A stretch of 64,000 nucleotides of DNA. Source: Ginglymostoma cirratum (taxonomy: Eukaryota). The notes beneath the pieces are model-generated. The model saw only the letters and a list, made by a program, of their open reading frames with translations, did no database searches and was not told where the DNA came from. The position numbers were made by a program, and so were the translations under genes. Shown here one piece after another: positions 1-11,931 of this stretch (its first letter is position 1; the number at the start of each line of letters is the position of its first letter). The DNA lies in the NCBI GenBank assembly GCA_024137785.1, contig JAHRHZ010000139.1:36479069-36543068 (forward strand), written 5' to 3'.

Positions 1-109
1 CAGCAAGCAGCGTTCTACATCCTTTGTATGCAGTCATCGGCACAAAATCTGAGATATCTTGGCATCGCAATCTTATCGATCACTCCCAACCCAACATCTG
101 TTGGAAGCA

Positions 110-729
110 ACAAGGTGTTGAGCGAGATGAACACAGCAGGCCAAGCAGCATCAGAGGAGCAGGAAAGCTGACGTTTCGGGTCTAGACCCTTCTTCAGAAG
201 AANNNNNNNNNNNNNNNNNNNNNNNNNNNNNNNNNNNNNNNNNNNNNNNNNNNNNNNNNNNNNNNNNNNNNNNNNNNNNNNNNNNNNNNNNNNNNNNNNN
301 NNNNNNNNNNNNNNNNNNNNNNNNNNNNNNNNNNNNNNNNNNNNNNNNNNNNNNNNNNNNNNNNNNNNNNNNNNNNNNNNNNNNNNNNNNNNNNNNNNNN
401 NNNNNNNNNNNNNNNNNNNNNNNNNNNNNNNNNNNNNNNNNNNNNNNNNNNNNNNNNNNNNNNNNNNNNNNNNNNNNNNNNNNNNNNNNNNNNNNNNNNN
501 NNNNNNNNNNNNNNNNNNNNNNNNNNNNNNNNNNNNNNNNNNNNNNNNNNNNNNNNNNNNNNNNNNNNNNNNNNNNNNNNNNNNNNNNNNNNNNNNNNNN
601 NNTTCTGAAGAAGGGTCTAGACCCGAAACGTCAGCTTTCCTGCTCCTCTGATGCTGCTTGGCCTGCTGTGTTCAGCCAGCTCTGCACCTTGTTATCTCAG
701 GTTCTCCAGCATCGGCAGTTTCTTCTATC
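110..729. mobile_element. Palindromic Penelope-type insertion with perfect 72-bp inverted arms (128-199 / 603-674), centre unsequenced
   Basis: Arms are exact reverse complements; each has a hammerhead-like core CTGAAGA-A-GGGTCTAGACCC-GAAA-CGTC; 13-bp TSD-like repeat TCTGTTGGA(A/G)GCA at 97-109 and 730-742. Confidence 0.75.
203..602. other. Assembly gap (400 N)
   Basis: Run of N. Confidence 1.
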
Positions 730-1249
730 TCTGTTGGAGGCAGCTGTTTTCTCCATTCGGTTCCTGGTAGGTCCTTGCAGACCGCAGCATTACACACTTC
801 CTTGTTACCGGAAAATTAACCTTAATTTTTGTAATATTGTTGGCCCTGTTTAAAAAGCTCTCCCATCCTTCCAAATACGATTTTCATGGGGCTGCCTTTA
901 AATAGCTGAGTTTGTAATAGATTACCACGGGTTATGAATCATCGGAATTCAGGTACAAATACAGTGGTTAGATTAAATTTTTAAAAATCGATCAGTTACA
1001 AATACTGTGCCAATACCACAATTCTAAACAAACAGTCTAAGAATATACGTTTGAATGAATTAGGTTTCACCGTCTCCTGCGGAAGTTCCATACAATTTAA
1101 CTTATTCAAGCGTCAGAAGAGTTCCACTTTGTTTTGAGTTGTCAGTATCTTGACCCCTGTTTATCCACGATTACAGGAGGGTTACAGCTGAACAAACTGA
1201 CCTGCGTATTTTCATGCTGAAATATCCATTTTATCTAACGTTAATTATA

Positions 1250-1900
1250 ATACAAAACATTAAATAACGAAACCCTTGCACGGATTTTTCACTCATTGCG
1301 CTTGTGCAACTAACGTAACCTAAGGACTCGTTTTATAGCGTCAGATCGCACATGCGTGTTTACGTATTCTGGAAATTTCTATGGTTGGGTGTTGGTTGTA
1401 GGGGTAGATGAGGAGCAGTAATTGTATATTACTTCAGACTTTATATTAAAAAAACTTGGGTAGGTTTCATCTCATTTTACGCTAATTAAAATACGAATTG
1501 GTACATTATAAAGAGCCTTCTATATTGAACTTCGGAGGTTAAGCGCAGTCACAGATGATTTTAGTGTGAAAGGATCGAGGCCTGGTCTGTGGTGCCTGTT
1601 GACTGAACAAAATCGAAGTTAAAACATTTAACAGCGCGATTTTTCTATTTGCTGCAGTGACTTTCAACGGCTCCTTTAAGTCATGGTGAAGAAGAATACG
1701 GTTCCTGATGGGTAAGTATGATCAGACTGACTTTAGACGGATTTAGTTACAGGACTACATACTAGGTGAGTCCATGCCTAAAATGTCGACCAACGGGTAA
1801 GTAGAAAGATCGCCGCCATGTTAAGCGGCGCCAAAGCACAATTGGTAAGTAAACAATGCCTTCAAAATTGTAAGTATCACGCTTGCGAATTTCACGTTTT
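1250..1900 (+). promoter_or_regulatory. Promoter/first-exon region, CpG-enriched relative to the rest of the window, with a YY1-like motif CGCCGCCATGTT at 1811-1822
   Basis: Locally frequent CG dinucleotides around exon 1; match to the CCGCCATNTT YY1 consensus. Confidence 0.5.
1683..1711 (+). CDS. DUSP11: DUSP11-like coding exon 1 (MVKKNTVPDG)
   Basis: gtcATGG start, ends GG|GTAAGT (phase 2), matching exon 2 phase to give the PDGW motif (human PERW). Confidence 0.85.
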
Positions 1901-2805
1901 TGGAGGATGAATCGTACAAGGTGGTATATTTCGTGAGTGTATGCGTGCTTTTAGTATTGTGGAGAATAAGCAGTACATCTCTGATCCTTTTAAAAATTCG
2001 TTGTCCTTGCATCAGTGTAAGGATATTGCATTTATGTAGGAAGTCCTTTGATTCACGATAGACGAAATTCGGAAAGTAGCAAATCCTAGACTTTGATTTT
2101 TGTTCTTCTTGAAAAAGTAAGATTAATGCTAATATCTAAGTTAAAACGTCTGTAAACGGAGAAATCCGTAATTTGTGTAATTGTGTGGAATGATCGAAGA
2201 AAATAATGCTACCTATAAGGGATAGCCATTAAAATGCGTCCAATGGTTGGTTGGTTAATCTCGTTTGAAATGCTTGGCTTAAACGAAGTTCTGTGGTTTT
2301 GTTATTGATAGTTATCTTTTTTTAAAGATTAATCTAGTTAAAATAGAATCACACTAATAGATCAAGGAGTTAATATTTCAGTTCTTAAGAATTAAGTTAG
2401 AAAATAAATAGCTGCCAGTTTTTGGAAGACCTTTTATTACAGTTAAATGCACCAGATATTGAAAGTGATAGTAATGGAAGTCTATTTTTGCTATTGATTG
2501 GTACGAATGGGTTTCTGTGACTGAGTTATGCCCAGGTGTGCTATTAATGCAATAGCCCAGGGTCTTTAGTCAATGGCAGTTTTACAAAGGTGTGAAAAAT
2601 TTTGTAAAATTTGCTCCAAGTGTCTTGAGTATTGTAACCCATGGCAAGTCTTTAGGGAATTGTTTGAAAAAACCTGTGATCGGAGAAATCTAAAACAATT
2701 TGCTATGATAATGTAGTGGTAACAGTAATTAATGTTTACACGCAAAGTCAGTGCTCAGATGCTAACATAAAATTTTCTTAAAATTTGCTTTTATTTCTTC
2801 TTGTA

Positions 2806-3690
2806 GTTTGTTTGCAGATGACACCAAAATTGGTGGTGTAGTGAACAGTGAAGAAGGTTTTTTTCAGAGTACAACAGGATCTTGATCAGATGGGCTGAGA
2901 AGTGGCAGATTTAGTTTAGATAAATGCGAGATGTAAGGCAAATCGGGGCGGGATGCATATGTTTAATGGTAGGATCCTGGGGAGTGTATGTCGGACAAAG
3001 ACACCTTGGGGTGCAGGTTCATTGTTCCTTAAGTGGAGATGCAGGTAGTCAGCGTAGTGAAGAAGGTGTTTGGTATGCTGGCCTTTATTGATCAGTGCAT
3101 TTAATATAGGAGTTGGGATATCATGTTGTGGCTGGACGGGATGTTAGTTAGGCCAGTTTTGGAATACGGTGTTCATTTCTGGCCACCCTGCTATAGGAAA
3201 GATGTTGTTAAACTTGAAAGGGTTCAGAAAAGATTTACAATGACATTGGAGGGTTTGACCTGAAAGGAAAGGCTGACTAGGCTGGGGCTATTTTCCCTGG
3301 ACCATCGGAGGTTGAGGTGTCACCCTTTAGAGGTTTATAAAATGAGGGGCATGGATAAGGTGAATAGCCCAGGTCTTTTTCCCAAGTTTGAAGAGCTCAA
3401 AACTAGACAGCATAGGTTTAAGGTGAGAGGGGAAGGATTTAAAAGGGTCCGAGCGGGGCAGTGTTTTCATGCAGAGGATGGTGCTCATCTGGAATGAGCT
3501 GCCAGAGGAAGTGGTGGAGGCTGGTCCAATTGCAACACTTTCAAGCGTCTGGATGGGTACATGAATAGGAAGGGTTTGGAAGGATATTGGCCAAATGCTG
3601 GCAAATGGGCCTAGATTAATTTAGGAAATCTGGTTGACGTGGACGAATTGGACCGGAGGATCTGTTTCCGTGTTGGACAACTCGCTGACC
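2806..3690 (+). mobile_element. CR1-type LINE 3' fragment (degenerate RT C-terminus and tail)
   Basis: Begins FADDTKIGGVV; contains RPVLEYGVHFWPP and KLERVQKRFT; frameshifts and stops. Confidence 0.9.
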
Positions 3691-4989
3691 CTGAGATTAC
3701 TTCACACTACTGCCATCAAGTTTACCATGTATGGCTTAATAATGCCTTCCAGCCAATGTGTTATGGACAAATGTGCAAGTTCATAATGTTAACGTCAAAA
3801 CTGGGCAGTAACTACCAGACCAGTGTATGCAGGCTAACTGAAAAGTTTTATGTGCTACAAGAAAAACATGCAATTAAGCAGAATTAATACCAAATAGAAC
3901 TCTTCAGTTGAAAATCACTGAAAAAGCTTTTAAGTAGTGAATTGGATTTGATTGTTTCAGTAGCTCTTTAAGATTCTTTGCATGGAACTGCTTTCTGTAA
4001 CGTAACTCTTGCAAAGTTCAAAATAAATGAACTAATTTGAATTGCTAATGAAAAATTACAGCTACTTTCGTATTTTCTATCAACACCATTTATTTTCTTT
4101 AGAATGTCATCAAACCGATGGCAATTAACTTAGGGAGCTAGCTGTAAAAGTCAAGGAAAAGTAGCCTTAAAGTTCACGTGTCATAAATGTGGAAGTCTTG
4201 AAACTTAAGACTTCCCTCTTGTGGAGTATCAATCTGATCTGCACTGAAAAGTTGCCTCATTTGTAGCATTTGGGAACTTGAAGCAGTACCTCAACATGAT
4301 GTAACTAGAAATTCAATCTGAAGTCTTTCTAGTTCGTAATCTTAATCTTAGAAAATGGCGTTCTTATGGACAGATGAAAAGAATTCTGCAATTTATTCTT
4401 GGCTTTTTCCAGTATCTCTGCTTTCACAAACTTTAAGCTTGGTGAAAAATATCTTGATATTTAAGACAGTGCTTCTTTATAAAAAGAAACACTTTGCATG
4501 AGGGCAAAGTACATCTTCGCCTTCCTGAACAGATGTTATAGTCTGTCTAGTGGAAAACCAGATCAGTTGCCACTGAGGAAATTGATTCAGGGTGTCCTGT
4601 CCATGGATAGCTTTGCAAGTTATAGCTCAAACTGAATGTTATCAGCTCTGGTGGACAACTATTGTAATACAAAGTCTAAAGGAAGTTATGGAATTGAACT
4701 GTTGCAGAGGAGTTTTAGCTTCTAGATAATTTGTTTTTAAAGCTGCCTTAAAATGTACATTTAATGCAAGTTTCTCAAATGTATAATGCAATGAAATAAC
4801 CAAATTCTGGTGAAACTACCATTAATTACATTGATCTAAATGAATCTTCAATGTTACCTGTGCCCCTTGTAAAGCAGTGGCACTTAGGTTTTCTCGAGGT
4901 CGCCTGGCCTCCTGAATAAGATACCAGACCTTGCCTTTAAACCTGTTCAATCCTGGCAATTATGGGATTGTCAAATGAGGAATGATTGA

Positions 4990-5410
4990 AGGTTCCGAGG
5001 CTGTATTTGAAGAGGTTTAGAAGGGTTGAGGGGGAGTGGGATCTGACAGACTTTTCAGCATTCTGAGACTTTCAGGATAGTGCGCACATGGAAACGTTTC
5101 CACTGTGTTTAAAAAGGACTAGGACCTGAGGTCATAGCCTCCAAGTGAAGGAATGACCCTTTAGAACTGAGCTGAGGAGGAATTTCTTCTGCTGGGGGTG
5201 ATGAATTTGTGGGATTCGTTGCTACAGAACATCGTGGAGGCCAAGTCATTGAGTGTGTGTAAGACAGGTAGATTATTGATTAGTAAAGGAATCCAAGGTT
5301 ACAGGGAGAAGGCAAAAGAGTAGGGTTCAGAAACATACCAGCTAGGATTGAATGGTGGAACAGACTCTGGGCCGAATGGCCTAATTCTGCTCCTGCGTCT
5401 TGTGGTTTGA
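4990..5410 (+). mobile_element. CR1-type LINE 3' end fragment
   Basis: Typical tail GGGCCGAATGGCCTAATTCTGCTCCT. Confidence 0.75.
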
Positions 5411-6899
5411 GATTTTATTGGTGTGCTGTTGCTCACGCTTTAAATTTGTATGTTCAAGTGCTGTTAGAATAGGCTGCTCAGAGACAGATTCACTCAACAC
5501 AAGGCAACAGCACAACCCTTTGAGGTAAAATCTTTGGCCTTTTCAAAAACGAAAAGACCGGCTTATTAGGAACCAATACAACTCTACATTTAAAGAGTGC
5601 AACGCAATTATAAATTGTAGGCTTACTAGTAAGCAAGGCGGTGTTCTGTTTCATATGGTACACTGTTAGTTCTTCCTTGTAAGACAATGTAGCCACTGAT
5701 GTACATTAACATCTTTGAAGATTTTATTGGCATATAATCGTAAAACATGTCCGTGCCAACCAGGCTGCTTAAACTGAAATAGCCTCACTTGCCTGTGCTT
5801 GGCCCATATCCCTCTAAACTTTTCCTATCCATATACTTGTATGATGTAATTTATGATTTCTGCAAGTTTTATTTATTCTGAAATTTAACTATTCACCTGG
5901 TTGCGTTAGTTGACTGTCTCCAATTTTGCATTTTTTTTTAAATGCAAGTTGTGCATCAGATGACTACAGTGTATTACAGGGTGATACCTGACACTGAACC
6001 AGAAGCCACTTAATGGCCCACATTGTGCCTGGCCCAGGTGTACAATTCTGCCTGCTACCCTAAGTGAGTAAGAAATTCAACCCCTACAATGAAAGCATAA
6101 ATGAATGCCGCATTGTTAATTGTTAGGTGTCTGACATTGGTTGACTTCTAACCTCAGGAAAGTGCTGAAATTGTCCCTTGTATCCACAGGGAAACCGTTG
6201 CCTTTGCACACAGATGAATATTAGTTGTTGAATAATGCATTAGTTGTTCCATGATGCTCTAGTTCTGCCCATTAAAAAACAGTAATGTTTTGACATTAGA
6301 GGATGTATTTAATGTTTTCATATGGCATAAGCTTTTTGGCAGTGTAAATGATTTGAATCAGTAAAGCTAGTAACACCTGTAATTTTCTGTACGATTATAC
6401 TTAATGCAATGGATCAGCTTGAATCAGATTAGATCCAGTACATGTCTATAATTGGTATTGTAGAGAGCCAGGTAATAAGTCTCAAGTTTGAGATTATAGT
6501 AATTGCATGGAAATTCATCTGAGAAGATGGCAAGATGCATTTGCAAGATTAATTGAGGCGAGTGACAACTTTCCCAGGATTTCTGCCTCTTTGGCCAGTT
6601 ACGGATATTTATCAAGCGCTTCCCTTATGTGGGGAATATTAGATTTGTGTTTAATAGTTGCTGTCTCAACTGTCATTCATTTGATTTTCCCCACCAGATT
6701 TTCCTTTTTAAAGGCTTCTGTTTTCTCTATAATTGCAAATCCAGATTTTTTTTTTGGAACAGGAAGTATAGCGCATCTCTAAAACTTGTCCACACAAGCC
6801 CTTGGATTTCATACTGTAGTGTCTGTCTATCCGTACGGCTTTTTACTGGTTCATTTCTTTGGATTCCTGAGGAAAAATCAACCTGCCTGGTTTAACATT

Positions 6900-7085
6900 T
6901 AAGAGGGGCCTGGCAATTGTCAGTCATCAGCTAACTGGTGCATCCTCCATGACCATGTCTCTACCAATCAGCACTCTCCTGTCATGCATTGTAAATCTGG
7001 ACTTTGCTATAAATTGGTATTGTCCTGAGGAGCACAAGGCAAAAAGCTTCAACAAAATGTCTTTTCGGCAATATTCAATTCTGTG
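6900..7085 (+). mobile_element. Decayed Penelope-type terminal repeat with degenerate hammerhead-like motif (7021-7056)
   Basis: CCAAT and TATAAA followed by TGTC-CTGAGGA-...-AAAAAGCTTC-AACA. Confidence 0.4.
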
Positions 7086-9410
7086 TGATCTGGCAACTAT
7101 TCTGTTAATCCAGTAGTAATCAGTTGCCCGTTGTTTCGCTGCACCTGAGTCTGTCAGCCAGTACGTGTAACAATCTGAAAAATAAACTTCACTGCATTGG
7201 TAATTTTTGCAGTGCCTGTCGTTGCAATCTACACCATTGTGCTATTGCGTTACGTCAACTGTTGATGGACATACCTGAGATTGCTGGAAATAGGTTCAAA
7301 CAAATTTTCGCCCTCTGCAGTTAGAACCAAATTATATCGGAAGTGTCACATAGCATTACGTTATAAGGATGCTTCAGTCATCTGGACATAATTGTCGTCA
7401 TAGTGGAGTTGGTGAGTATGAGGTAAAATCTCAACACAATTTAATTTGTAGCTCTGGAGCATTAATCTGGCAAAGTGTGGCTACACTCTTAAGATTTATA
7501 TGACAAACGTGAGTGTAGCTAGAGCTGTTTATACTTACCATGTGAAGCAACCTTAGATTAGTCTTGAATTTGTGGTTAATAACATTCGTTATGTCAAGAT
7601 TGATTTCTATCCACAAGATTGAATTCGGTTTTGGTGGTCGATAATTTTGTTTTTATGTAAACCATTTGTATTAGCTGTAAAAGTCATATAATAAAACATA
7701 TTTGTATATGCCTTGTGCACGACTGAGTGTAATTCTGTTGTCTTAAGTTTGATTTTCTACACTTCAGATTAAGAATATGTTGTAATCACAGCTTGGCCTG
7801 GAGGGAAATATGGTCTAAAGGTAGCATACTTACTCTTAGATTAACTTCTTTGACGTAAAATTTCTGTCTCTCATCCTGAGTTAACTCCTCCCTTTTGCAA
7901 ATTGTCTTTTAATTACTGAGAAATTTGATGCCTCCCAGGTAACAAACTAAATTATTTGCGCTGCAGCATAATAATAGATCAGTGGATTTGAGTTAGCATG
8001 ATCTTGCATATTTTATTTTTGAAATATTGGGTTTGTTAAAAGGTGGCCCCTCGGTGGTTGTTTGGGGTAAAGCGTGCTGTGTTCTTCTGGAACGATGTTT
8101 TTTAAGTCTTCATTTTTTCAGTACATGGGATGACCAAAGAGCTTTACCAATCATCTGTTAGCATTTTTCAAAACACTTTGAATAATCATTCACATTTCAC
8201 ATATGGCCTTGATGTTTTTTCTTAATACAATCCATGCCTTTTACAAATCCTAGAAAGTTCTTGGCATGTTGTGTTTTTGATGTCTTGTTATAGACTGAAT
8301 TCTTGACTCATCACAAATAATTCCAGCTGCTTAATACCTTCTCCAATCTCAAGTCCTTGGAGGAAGTCACTTGGGGGAATGATGAGGAAGACTTTTTTTT
8401 TTTTTTACTTCATAGGTTTACTGTCTTATAGGGATGCAGGGCACATAATAAAATCAAGGCCTCTCGTGATCTTTGAGGCCCACTTTTTGGTTTTCGGGGG
8501 CCCCTTACACTTGGCATCATCTGGTAAATTAGTACATTGGATCCACCACCACCATGGCAAAATATTTTAAGTGTTATGGAGAGAGTAGGGTGTGTGTGTA
8601 TATATATTCTAGACTTGTTTCTTTTGAGTTGAGGAAGCAACTGGTGTCTAGGATGCTACTTCAACCCAATACAGACTCTAAGGACTGAGAGGTAAGCGGC
8701 AGCATTTTCTGGAGGGCGCTAATAATGGAAAAATTATTGACAGAAAATGGATGGCCTTCAAAACATGCAGATCAATACAATAGCAACAAATAGTCAAAAA
8801 TGCCCTGAACAGAAAGGAAAATCAATTTTTAAAATATTGAATCTTTGAGTGGAATTGATTGAACAGAAATAGTTCAAAAAATTAGACATGCCAGTTGGAA
8901 AGGGACATTGTGCAACTAACATTGTACACTGTATACTAATAGAAGTTTGGGCAATGTAGTTGGAGAAGAAGTAACAAAACTTTAAACATGAACCTAAGCT
9001 GAAATTGACTATTAAAAATTCTAAATGGCTACACAGAAAACTTTCTAGGCAGAGAAGTTGGTCGGGGAGAGAACCTGATTGATGTGTACAACTTGAGGGA
9101 CATGGATTAAGTAGATAAGAAACTCCCCTTGTATCTTCTAGTAGTGGCGTCAATAACCAGGTGGCATAGATTTAAGATATGGGGTAGGATATTGAGAGGG
9201 GTTTTCACTGTATTTGCAACTATGCCTGAAATGGTAAAGTGAGAGCCATCACAGCTTTTAAGTATTTAGATAAGCACTTGAACTGCCACAATATACAAGG
9301 CTACAGGCCAAATGCAAGAAAAATCTATTTTCATAGATAGATATTTGGTAACCATGGTAGACATGACACGCTCAATTCTCTGCTGTAAAACAGTTAGACC
9401 TTTTGACTTG

Positions 9411-9538
9411 AGATATTTCAGAACCCTCTCCCCCTCCCCCATTTCTGATGAAGGGTTTAGGCCCGAAACGTCGAGTTTTCCTGCTCCTATGATGCTGCTT
9501 GACCTGCTGTGTTCATCCAGCCCCATGCTTGTTATCTC
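9411..9538 (+). mobile_element. 128-bp Penelope-type insertion with intact minimal hammerhead core and perfect 15-bp TSD
   Basis: AGACCTTTTGACTTG at 9396-9410 and 9539-9553; same family as the 603-729 arm. Confidence 0.8.
9441..9476 (+). ncRNA. Minimal type I hammerhead ribozyme-like motif
   Basis: AUUU-CUGAUGA-A-GGGU(UUAG)GCCC-GAAA-C-GUC-GAGU: all core nucleotides present, stem III reduced to a palindromic ACGU, stem I weak (U.G pairs). Confidence 0.5.
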
Positions 9539-10004
9539 AGACCTTTTGACTTGTTGAGTTGGATATAAAGTCAATGTGAAGCATGTATTGTCAATATAAC
9601 TGAAACTTTGCCTGAGGGGACGCAACAGCCATATATCTGAGGGATGAGTGAGGAATATTCTAGAGTATCTGGAGGGGTATTAAAAACAGTAGTAAGATAG
9701 GACTGGTGCTAGTGGATGGGTTAGTTAAACATTTTGAATTGTACAGAAAGAAAAGAGTTGTGCATTCTCTATTCAGTGTGTTGGGTTGCTTGTCTTTGTG
9801 AGAATTACTTTTCTTAAGAATGTAAGAAATAGGTCATACAGATTCCATCTGCCAGTCAGTAAGGTGACAGCTAAATTAATTGCATTTTCCTGCCCAAGTC
9901 TCAGAACCTTTTATTACTGTCCTCCAAATTTGCAAGATGTGATATTCCCATGTATTGTTTTTTCCAGGTGGTATTGGTCATGGACTTGAAAGTTGCTGCA
10001 GTCC

Positions 10005-10312
10005 ACCGGTGGCACAGTGGTTAGCACTGCTGCCACACAGTGCCAACAGCCTCTGTTCAATTCCTGTTTTTGCACTGTCTTTCATGAGTTTGCACATTTT
10101 CCCCATCTCTATATCGTTTTTCTGTGGGTGCTGCGGTTTCCTTCCCACGGTCTGAAAATGTGCAGATGAGGTAGATTGGCCACGTGAAATTGCCCCATAG
10201 TGTTCACAGATGTGCATGTTAGGTGGATTAGCCATCGTAAATGGGTCTGGGTGAGGATTGGTGCATACCTGATGGGCTGAATGGCCTCTTTCTAGACTCC
10301 AAAGATTCTATG
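10005..10312 (+). mobile_element. HE1/V-SINE-type tRNA-derived SINE
   Basis: A box TGGCACAGTGG (10010), B box GTTCAATTCC (10055), V-core GAGTTTGCACATT...GGTTTCCTTCCCAC, CR1-like tail GGGCTGAATGGCCTCTT. Confidence 0.85.
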
Positions 10313-11246
10313 CATCTTGTAGGTGCTGCGTTTGTTGCCATTGGCGTTTAAAGTGACAAATTTAAGTTGGTCAGTGATTGATCACAGTAGCTTTCCAGGC
10401 TTTTCTATATCAGGCTTCTTGGTCTATTTGGTGTAAGTTGATGATGATCTAGGCTTTCTCACAGATGTATTATTCAAACTAATTGTTGAAGCAGTTAAAT
10501 TGCTGCATGTTGGAAAGGATGTTAGCACTGAGGTTAAAACATAAAACTTTCTGACAATTTCTCAATGTACTTAGAATTTAAAGAATTGCCAACAAGGACT
10601 TAATCTTGCCATTCATGATTCTAAGCGTTCATCTTAAAACTCTGCTTTGACCGTTACAAAGTATTTAATACTAGGAAGCACTCTTCCACGAGCTATTAGA
10701 TTTTTTTGTAACGATAATGGAAGGGAGGGCAATGAGGATGAAGAAACTGTCTACTACTTGCAGAGGCTTCAAATCATTGACACTTCTGTGGAAACCTCAG
10801 TGGGATACCACATAAATATAGAATTCAGTTTAAGGTAAAATCTTCCAGGCAAGCTAGCTTTGCATCGTGGTTATTGCCTTAGTTTTCAGACCAACAGATT
10901 GATTTTTCCACCTTAAGTTCTTATATGTATTGGGCTCTTAGTCATTTAGGTGGAAATGTTTTCAATTGACCTTGCATCATTTTAACTGTTTTTGGACCTA
11001 TTATTTTCTAATCTGTTGATAAACCTACATCTAAACATTCTTTAAAACTGGAGGGAAAACTAGAGGAGGCAATTACCTGTCATGGCATTTCTGTTCAAGA
11101 AATTGCACAACAGGAATGCTCCTGTAACTATTGGAGGAATCTTCAGATTTTGTAACATCAGCACTTGAGGCTCCAATGTGCAGGTTTTGAAAATGGCCAA
11201 CTTCTTGATACACTCAAATCTTCTATCTCTTCATTAAGTATTATAT

Positions 11247-11931
11247 TGAGGTGCCACTGTTGGACTTGAGTGGACAAAGTCAGAAGGCACACAACATCAG
11301 GCCATAGTCCAACAAGTTGATTTTAAAATGACGAGCTTTCGGAGTGTTGCACCTTCATCAGGTGAGGTGAGAGAAGCGCACAGATGCAAAATTTGTAAGC
11401 AAAGAGATCAAAAGATAATACAAACGGTGTAAGTGGAGTGTCAGTAAGTCTAGGTGATCAAAAGTGTCAGATGGTGTGAGTAATGTGTCAACAGATGAAT
11501 AACAAGCAAAGAATAATCAATAGTTTAAGTGAAGCAGAAAGATAAGTACAAAAACGTAAAATAAGGTGGTGCTGGCGATTAACCAAATGACTGGAATAAC
11601 CTGATTGGTATAAGAGTCACATGCGGAGGATCTCACCAAAGTAATACAAAACTGAAAACTACTTAAGGCCTCATTGGATCAAATTATAGGTCATTCCTTG
11701 GTTTGTTAGTCAGCTGTTGACGCTTCACTCTTACCATCTGACACTTGTGATCACCTGCAGAGACTTCAACATGCCACTCTCACTATGTATCTGATCTTTT
11801 GATCTCTCTGCCTATAAATTCTGTCTGTGTGCTTGTCTCCCACTTCACCTGATGAAGCGGCTATGTTTGAAGCTTGTGATTTCAAATAAACCTGTTGGAT
11901 TATAACTTGGTATCATGTGACTTCTAACTTT
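11247..11931. mobile_element. Second family of palindromic Penelope-type element (~200-bp imperfect inverted arms ~11277-11481 / ~11727-11931)
   Basis: Arms visibly complementary; each contains TCAC-CTGATGA...GAA(A)GCT(C/T)-GT(C/G)A. Confidence 0.7.

Noticed and set aside
10005-10070. tRNA gene
   Set aside because: A/B boxes belong to a SINE head; no cloverleaf acceptor stem.
10441-10531. Box C/D snoRNA candidate (ATGATGA ... CTGA)
   Set aside because: No terminal stem, no recognisable rRNA/snRNA guide, and not positioned near an exon.
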